From the NCBI GenBank assembly GCA_963809485.1, contig CAWEJX010000008.1, forward strand, positions 288,001-352,000: a stretch of DNA of 64,000 nt. The letters run 5' to 3'. The stretch comes from an uncultured Acidobacteriota bacterium (GTDB lineage: Bacteria; Acidobacteriota; UBA6911). This document shows positions 58,275 to 64,000 of the stretch, piece by piece; within the stretch, counting starts at the first letter, position 1, and each line of letters begins with the position of its first letter. The notes beneath the pieces are model-generated. The model had not been told where the DNA came from, did no database searches, and saw only the letters and a program-made list of their open reading frames with translations. A program made the translations under genes and the position numbers.

Positions 58275-58567
58275 AACTGATTGGTTCCAGTATTGCGGCC
58301 GGCGTGGAGCATTTTCCAGCCAGGCACGGCTAAAGAGCGGCCGACCGCGAAATCTTTTCTCGACACAAGAATGATCCGGCCTATGATAATCTCAAACAGC
58401 GCATCAGTCTTTCAAAATTCACAATAAGGATCAGCGGGTAACAGCTTCCATCCGGGTCTTACCGTGAACTCGATGGTCACCATATATGTTGCTTCACCTC
58501 AGCATTCGATTCTGAAGTTTGTCCAAGCAGTTTTCACCAGCATCTTCTTTTCGAGAGGAGAGTATCG

Positions 58568-59191
58568 ATGAGCAGCAAGAAAAGCACAACCCGAAGGGCG
58601 TTCGTCCAGGATGTGTCAGCAGGCACCGCGGGGATGGCCTTCGTCGGCGCTTTAGCCCAACTGAATGCTTCCGCCTCGGCTCAGGAAGCCGGGAAGGAGG
58701 CCAGCAAAATGGTAAGCCTGGAACAACTAAAAAACGTCCTGCATGGATCAAACATCGTGGAACTAAAGCCGTGGAGATCCATCCACAAGAGCATCACAAT
58801 GCCGATGATAACGGCTCTGGGTGAGAAAGACATCCCGGGCTCCAAACTGGCGATTGGTTTTGCGTACGTCGAAAAGCCGGACTTGTTGGGAGTGGAAACC
58901 CACAAGCACAATAAGCGCGACCAGTGGATATTCCTTTTCGGCGCCAGGAACTTTGTGGATTTCGATGCCGATGTTGAATTCGTGATAAATAATCAGGTCA
59001 ACAAAATCAACTACCCCTTCTACGCCTATATCCCGGCAGGCATGTACCATATGCCGCTAAACGTAACCCGTGTCGGCAAACCCCTTATCTTCATTGACGC
59101 CAGGATAGCCGGCGACGATGATCCCCCGGTGTTCCTTGACAAGAACATTCCCAATAAAGGCCCCATGATACCTGCCAAGAAGAAATCCTGA
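58568..59191 (+). CDS. Tat-signal cupin-like protein
   Basis: TTRRAFV leader with AQEA site; HKH...IPAGMYHMPL cupin-like motifs. Confidence 0.65.
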   Translation: MSSKKSTTRRAFVQDVSAGTAGMAFVGALAQLNASASAQEAGKEASKMVSLEQLKNVLHGSNIVELKPWRSIHKSITMPMITALGEKDIPGSKLAIGFAYVEKPDLLGVETHKHNKRDQWIFLFGARNFVDFDADVEFVINNQVNKINYPFYAYIPAGMYHMPLNVTRVGKPLIFIDARIAGDDDPPVFLDKNIPNKGPMIPAKKKS

Positions 59192-59553
59192 CCTCAGGTC
59201 TATTGTGGAGAGCCAGCGTGGGATTAGCTTTCATCAGATCGGACAGTATCCAGTTTAAAAATGGAAGACTGCAAACCCGGAGGCACCATTCCTACTTTCA
59301 ATCCGAAATATGCGTCTCTTCCGGTAGCAGGAGATTTGCCCGGACAGACTGCGGCTTCTTGCAGAGCTCTTCCCTTCCGTGCATCCGATCAGATTTCGCA
59401 GTGATCAGCGGCGCAGCCGGAAGGGTTCCGAGATTCGCGCGCAATTCTCCGAGTCGATGAGGGTTTGCCCTGCCCAGCGCTGGAAAATCGTTGCCAGGTT
59501 TGTGTATGAAAACAAACTCAGCGATTTGGGCAGGGCATTTACAGATAAAGATA

Positions 59554-59946
59554 TCAGAACCTGATTACTTTAGGTTCTCCTCCAAAACTGTAAAAAGTTG
59601 CTGTGGCATTTTTGAGATATAAAACCTGGTTATTGCCGTCATCAGCCGAATACATAGACTTCAGTTGCGGGTATGCATCCAGCATCTTCTGTCTGACTTC
59701 AGTCCTGTCATCCTCAACAGCAACACCCTCGACGCGGACCCATTTGTCACCCGACATGCCGCAAATTTCTATCTTGGGATTTTTCATGATCTGTTTGGCG
59801 ACATTCTTGGCTTTTGCGGTCTGGATATAAAGCCTATTCTCAGAGATCAGCACTGTACCGAATGGCCGCACTCTAGGCTGGTCTCCATCGATCGTCGCGA
59901 TATAGTAGGTGCCGCACTTTTTAAGAAACTCATAGACTTCTTGCAT
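59554..59946 (-). CDS. Pyridoxamine 5'-phosphate oxidase-like FMN-binding protein
   Basis: YIATIDGDQPRVRPFG, K.V.KQI.KNPKIEIC, WVRVEG. Confidence 0.9.
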   Translation of the reverse strand: MQEVYEFLKKCGTYYIATIDGDQPRVRPFGTVLISENRLYIQTAKAKNVAKQIMKNPKIEICGMSGDKWVRVEGVAVEDDRTEVRQKMLDAYPQLKSMYSADDGNNQVLYLKNATATFYSFGGEPKVIRF

Positions 59947-60536
59947 GGATCGTTCCTCCGTTTTTCAGAAATTGAATTTTCCCCAACAAAAAAAGTGAAT
60001 ATCAAGCTCAATGATTTCAGCCATTCAGGTCACAATTTTACTGTGTCTCGGCTTTGCAGCTTCCAGAAAACACCCCTTTTGCTGGCAGATATTTTGTGCG
60101 CATTCGTGACCTCAACCTTCTTCAGGCTATGCGAGCATAACGTTTCAGGGCTTTTCCACGTTGTTCCAGTGTATTGAATCCCGTTTCAGGATTCCGCCAG
60201 TCCCGCATCGCCTAACAGGAGCGAAGACAATCATTTCCCGTCAGGGTGTCAGGTTATTTCCCGGAGAAGCATGCTATTGGAATTTGAGGACAAACTCAAG
60301 GTTGTTCAAAAACTGGCACCGCGATTCGGAAAAACTGGAAAGACAGAAAGACTCAAAAGACTGGACACCCATTTCCTTTCCAAGAAGGGAATGACATACC
60401 AGGATATAGATGATCAAAGGATGGACACCCATGTCCGGACTGCACCCATTTCCTTTCCACCTATTTCCAATTCATCAGTCGGATTTTTTGGCACATACCA
60501 TGGATTCACCATTAGATGTATCGAAAGGAGTGAACC

Positions 60537-61607
60537 ATGACTATGCCACGAAGCAAATATGTCCAGGAAGGACAAGATGGCGTCTATCACTGCTTCAGCC
60601 GCTGCGTCCGCCGCGCGTTTCTATATGGATTCGATCCACACTCCGGCCGCGACTTCTCCCACCGCAAAGCATGGTTGGTCGACAGGTTACGGTTTCTCTC
60701 CGCCATTTTTGCCATCGATGTCTGTGCTTTCGCCGTCATGCAAAACCACTTCCACGTCATTCTTCGTATCTGCCTCGAAATCGCCGCCGCCTGGTCCGAT
60801 CGCGAGGTGGCCATCCGATGGCTTACCCTCTTCCCTATACGGCACGCACCCCCTTCTGAAGCCCAGATCTGCGCCCTGGCCGATTGCCCCGAACGTATCG
60901 CCGTATTGCGCAAACGACTCTGCAGCCTCAGCTGGTTTATGGGCCGCCTCAACGAATTTATCGCCCGAGCCGCTAATAAAGAAGATAACGTCAAGGGCCG
61001 ATTCTGGGAATCCCGATTCAAATGTCAGGCCCTGCTCGACGAAGCTGCCATTGCCGCCTGTATGGTTTATGTGGATCTGAATCCCATCCGTGCCGGCCTG
61101 GCCCCAACTCCCGAAGAAAGCGACTTCACCAGCATTCAGGAACGGATTCGCGCCTGGCAGAACGAAATGACCAGCAAAGCTCTGATAACCAGCGAGTTAA
61201 CTCAGCACAAACCGGACGATTCTTCCGCGGAGAACATGCCAACGTCGGAAGACATAACGGGCATTCCCGGTTCAATTACCGAAGCTATCCCTGTCGGCAC
61301 TCTCAACCCCTCATCCCTTTGGCTGTGTCCCATTCAATCAGATACCCACCGTCGCGGCATCTTGCAGATGACTGAAGCCGATTACTTCAATCTGGTAGAT
61401 CGGTCGGGGCGCCTATTGCGGGCTGACAAACGCGGAGCCATTGATCCCCAGCTTGCACCTATTCTGCTGCGCATTGGAGCCAATCCCCAAGCCTGGATAG
61501 ATACAATTTCCCGTTTCGGTCCGAAATTCCGTCTCGCGGCAGGCCAAATTTCCAGCCTGGGCGGATCCTGCTGCAGGTCAGATAGGGACCGCAGCTGCAT
61601 ACTTTAA
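60537..61607 (+). mobile_element. REP-associated tyrosine transposase (RAYT / Y1 HUH), 3' end probably truncated
   Basis: YHCFSRCVRRAFL, HUH in MQNHFHV, SLSWFM..LNE.IAR.AN.ED...GRFWE.RFK, YVDLNPIRAG. Confidence 0.88.
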
Positions 61608-61875
61608 CGATTACAGATACCGGCGCCGTCCGGTGGAGAATATGTCCCTGGGCCGGATCTTCCGGCTGATGGAAGGGGTCAGCCTCAATATCAGGGCGGA
61701 GTTTACCAACATCTTCAATCGCATACAGCCGAACGATCCCTCCTCGGGCAATGCTTTGTCGACGCAGGTCAAAGACCCGGTGACAGGCAAACCGCTGGGC
61801 GGCTTCGGTTACATCGACACCGCAAGCGCCGGAGCTCCCCGTGGGGGCATGATCGTCGCGCGGCTACAATTTTAG
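61556..61875 (+). pseudogene. Orphan C-terminal fragment of an Acidobacteria-type TonB-dependent receptor
   Basis: WADPAAGQIGTAAAYFNDYRYRRRPVENMSLGRIF...IRAEFTNIFNR...VARLQF*; abuts the RAYT gene. Confidence 0.75.
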
Positions 61876-62176
61876 ATAGCAGCTCCAAACGCCTCGTCGC
61901 CGCCTTGCGGCGGCGAGGCACTCCAATATCACCGTTCCCTCGATATCAAATGTTTTATGGGGTAAATCCAATGAAACTCCTGCCCCGGATCGGGGGCAGC
62001 TCCGCCATTGCAGGGCGCACCCTTTGCATGGCCGGGTTGTTCAACGTAAGGGCTGCTACCCTCGCGGCAGGGAGCCTTAATGGCCGGCGCCCGGGCTCCT
62101 TACGCAATGCTACCGCCGGCGCCGCGACAGGTGGTAGGATACGCTAAGTCTATCCAACAAGAGCAAGGAGGGTTCC

Positions 62177-63745
62177 ATGGCAAAATCCACAAGGCTCATG
62201 TGCCTGGTGGCACTCGTACTACTGTCTCCCGGTCTGGCCGGTTTGGCTTTTTCAGGATCTCCGGCGGTCAAAGCCGAAGATTACCCGTCGCTGTCGGCAA
62301 AGGAATTGGGCCACGTTCAATTCCTGGTCCAGGTTGCCCAACAGCCGCCCGGAGACTGGTCCTTTATGGGGGGCCGGGAGGAAGGACAGGAAGGGATGGA
62401 AGCCTACCGATACCAGCTCGGATATATGGCCTATGCGCTGGCGCTCGCCCAGTATCACAAAACGCCCGCCTACCGGGAGTTGTATCAGAAAGCGCTGGAC
62501 AATCTCATTCAGAAGATGATTCGCAAAGATGTCTGGTACTACTGGCAGAATACGAGCAAGGGTTTTACAACGGCAGATCCGCCGCAAAGGGGGCGAGGGT
62601 TGGGCTGGCTCGATCCGGTCGTAGAGAAAAACATCATGTATAGCGGCCACCTGATCAACATGGTGGAGCTCTATCACATGCTCTATCGCGATGACAGGTA
62701 CGACAAACCCAAATCCATCACCTTCCGCTGGAATTTGTTCGAGAAAGTCAAAGACATTTTTGAGTACGACGGCAACAAGCTTGCAGAGCGAATGAATCGG
62801 CAGTTCCTGGAAAATCCCCTTCATATGATTGAATGCGAGATTGGCCTGGTTTTTCCGGTTTGCAACCAGCACCCGCTTCTCGGGCTGATCCTTTATGATC
62901 ACAATCACGGAACCAGCCTGGCTGGGCCCGTCAAAGACCTCATGATGAAGACCTTTACGGAAAAGGGTCTGCTGGATCCGGCCACCCAGTATTGGCAGCA
63001 GTTCTATATGATCGATCAGGGTAAAGTGGTTGGGCCGCCTTCGCCCGTAAACAACGCATTCGTCGGAATGCCTATGCATGTGTGGAAGACGGAGCTGATC
63101 GAAAAACTCTATCCGGTTCATGCAAAGCAGGTCCAGTTTGAGAGTGACGGCACCGCCAAGGTGGAGGGTGATGCCGGTTTCGGAACAACTTCCGTGCCCG
63201 GATTTGCAGGTTATGCGAGGGAAATGGGCGATGAGAAAACGGCCGGGAGCCTGATTGCCTGGATGGAGAAAAACTGCGCGCCCCAGTGGATGGGCAGCAA
63301 ATATTTCTATCCGCGCAATGATGAGAAAAAAATCTCCACGATATTCAAAGTCCATGCAGCGGTTGCCGAACTCAATGTCAAAAATGGGATCTGGTCGATG
63401 TATAACCGGCCATGGAATGGCGGGTATTTCAATCAGCCCTTCATTTCCGGCGTCGAGCATCCCAAGGCGATTGTCAGGCAAGCCTATTATGACAGCGCCA
63501 AGGACGTTCTCGCGATAACACTCCTGCCGGGAGAACCGAGCGGAACCCATACCTCCTTTGCCGTCAATCAGCTGAATAAGGCAAAAGTTTATTCGATAAA
63601 GCAAAACGGCAAGCTTGTGGGCCGTCTCAAGAAAGGCACTGTCGAATCGGGTGCGAAAGGGATCGAGTGCACAAAGGAAGGGATCCTCAAAATTTCAACC
63701 GGCCTCGATAAGGCACAGACATTTCTGATTCAGGCAGAAATCTGA
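62177..63745 (+). CDS. Linalool dehydratase/isomerase (Ldi) domain protein with a signal peptide
   Basis: YRYQL.YMAYAL, KM....VW.YW, DPV...NIMYSGHL..M..LY, CE...VF..CNQ (two-Cys motif). Confidence 0.8.
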   Translation: MAKSTRLMCLVALVLLSPGLAGLAFSGSPAVKAEDYPSLSAKELGHVQFLVQVAQQPPGDWSFMGGREEGQEGMEAYRYQLGYMAYALALAQYHKTPAYRELYQKALDNLIQKMIRKDVWYYWQNTSKGFTTADPPQRGRGLGWLDPVVEKNIMYSGHLINMVELYHMLYRDDRYDKPKSITFRWNLFEKVKDIFEYDGNKLAERMNRQFLENPLHMIECEIGLVFPVCNQHPLLGLILYDHNHGTSLAGPVKDLMMKTFTEKGLLDPATQYWQQFYMIDQGKVVGPPSPVNNAFVGMPMHVWKTELIEKLYPVHAKQVQFESDGTAKVEGDAGFGTTSVPGFAGYAREMGDEKTAGSLIAWMEKNCAPQWMGSKYFYPRNDEKKISTIFKVHAAVAELNVKNGIWSMYNRPWNGGYFNQPFISGVEHPKAIVRQAYYDSAKDVLAITLLPGEPSGTHTSFAVNQLNKAKVYSIKQNGKLVGRLKKGTVESGAKGIECTKEGILKISTGLDKAQTFLIQAEI

Positions 63746-63760
63746 TGGTATGTCAGCGCG

Positions 63761-63795
63761 AAAAGCCCGGGAACTTAAAAGGTTGCCGGGCTTTT
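63761..63795. terminator. Intrinsic terminator after the Ldi-like gene
   Basis: aaaagcccgg ... ccgggctttt. Confidence 0.65.
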
Positions 63796-64000
63796 AGGCA
63801 TTTTTTTTGCTTTGCGTTTCTCGGCGTTTTTTGCGCCTTCGCATCCGGCTGCACAACCGGAAGACCGGTTGCCGAGAGATGCGGGCAATGCGGGATGGAC
63901 CTTTCGCGGTATGGGCGGACAGCGTTTGAAATCCGCTGGACAGACGGCAGCGTTACAAAAACCTGCGGAGTTCAGTGCGGCCTGACACAACATCTGCTGC

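Overview
Anaerobic bacterial window, most likely Acidobacteriota (inferred from the Oar-type TonB-dependent receptor and several Tat-signal proteins). Scattered single-base frameshifts suggest an unpolished long-read assembly. The left 13.5 kb is a minus-strand catabolic cluster: TRAP transporter, SDR, aldehyde dehydrogenase, a fused class I CoA-transferase-fold protein, a BbsEF-like class III CoA-transferase pair, a B12 glutamate-mutase-like S/E pair and an OYE flavoenzyme. By eye alignment, the mutase has lost the amino-group-binding Glu and the class I CoA-transferase has lost its catalytic Glu, which points to an undescribed carbon-skeleton rearrangement pathway. Most gene junctions of this cluster carry inverted 7-nt tandem repeat arrays that start right after the upstream stop codon, and one pair of arms encloses a four-helix-bundle (IVS/Avd-like) gene. 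The rest of the window holds a stand-alone DsrL-like oxidoreductase, three AOR-family genes, an orphan XDH-family Mo subunit, potABCD, tldD/pmbA, an archaeal-type threonyl-tRNA synthetase, a linalool dehydratase-like protein, a RAYT transposase and several families of non-autonomous palindromic elements. No rRNA, tRNA or CRISPR array was recognised. All assignments come from reading motifs by eye; no searches were run.
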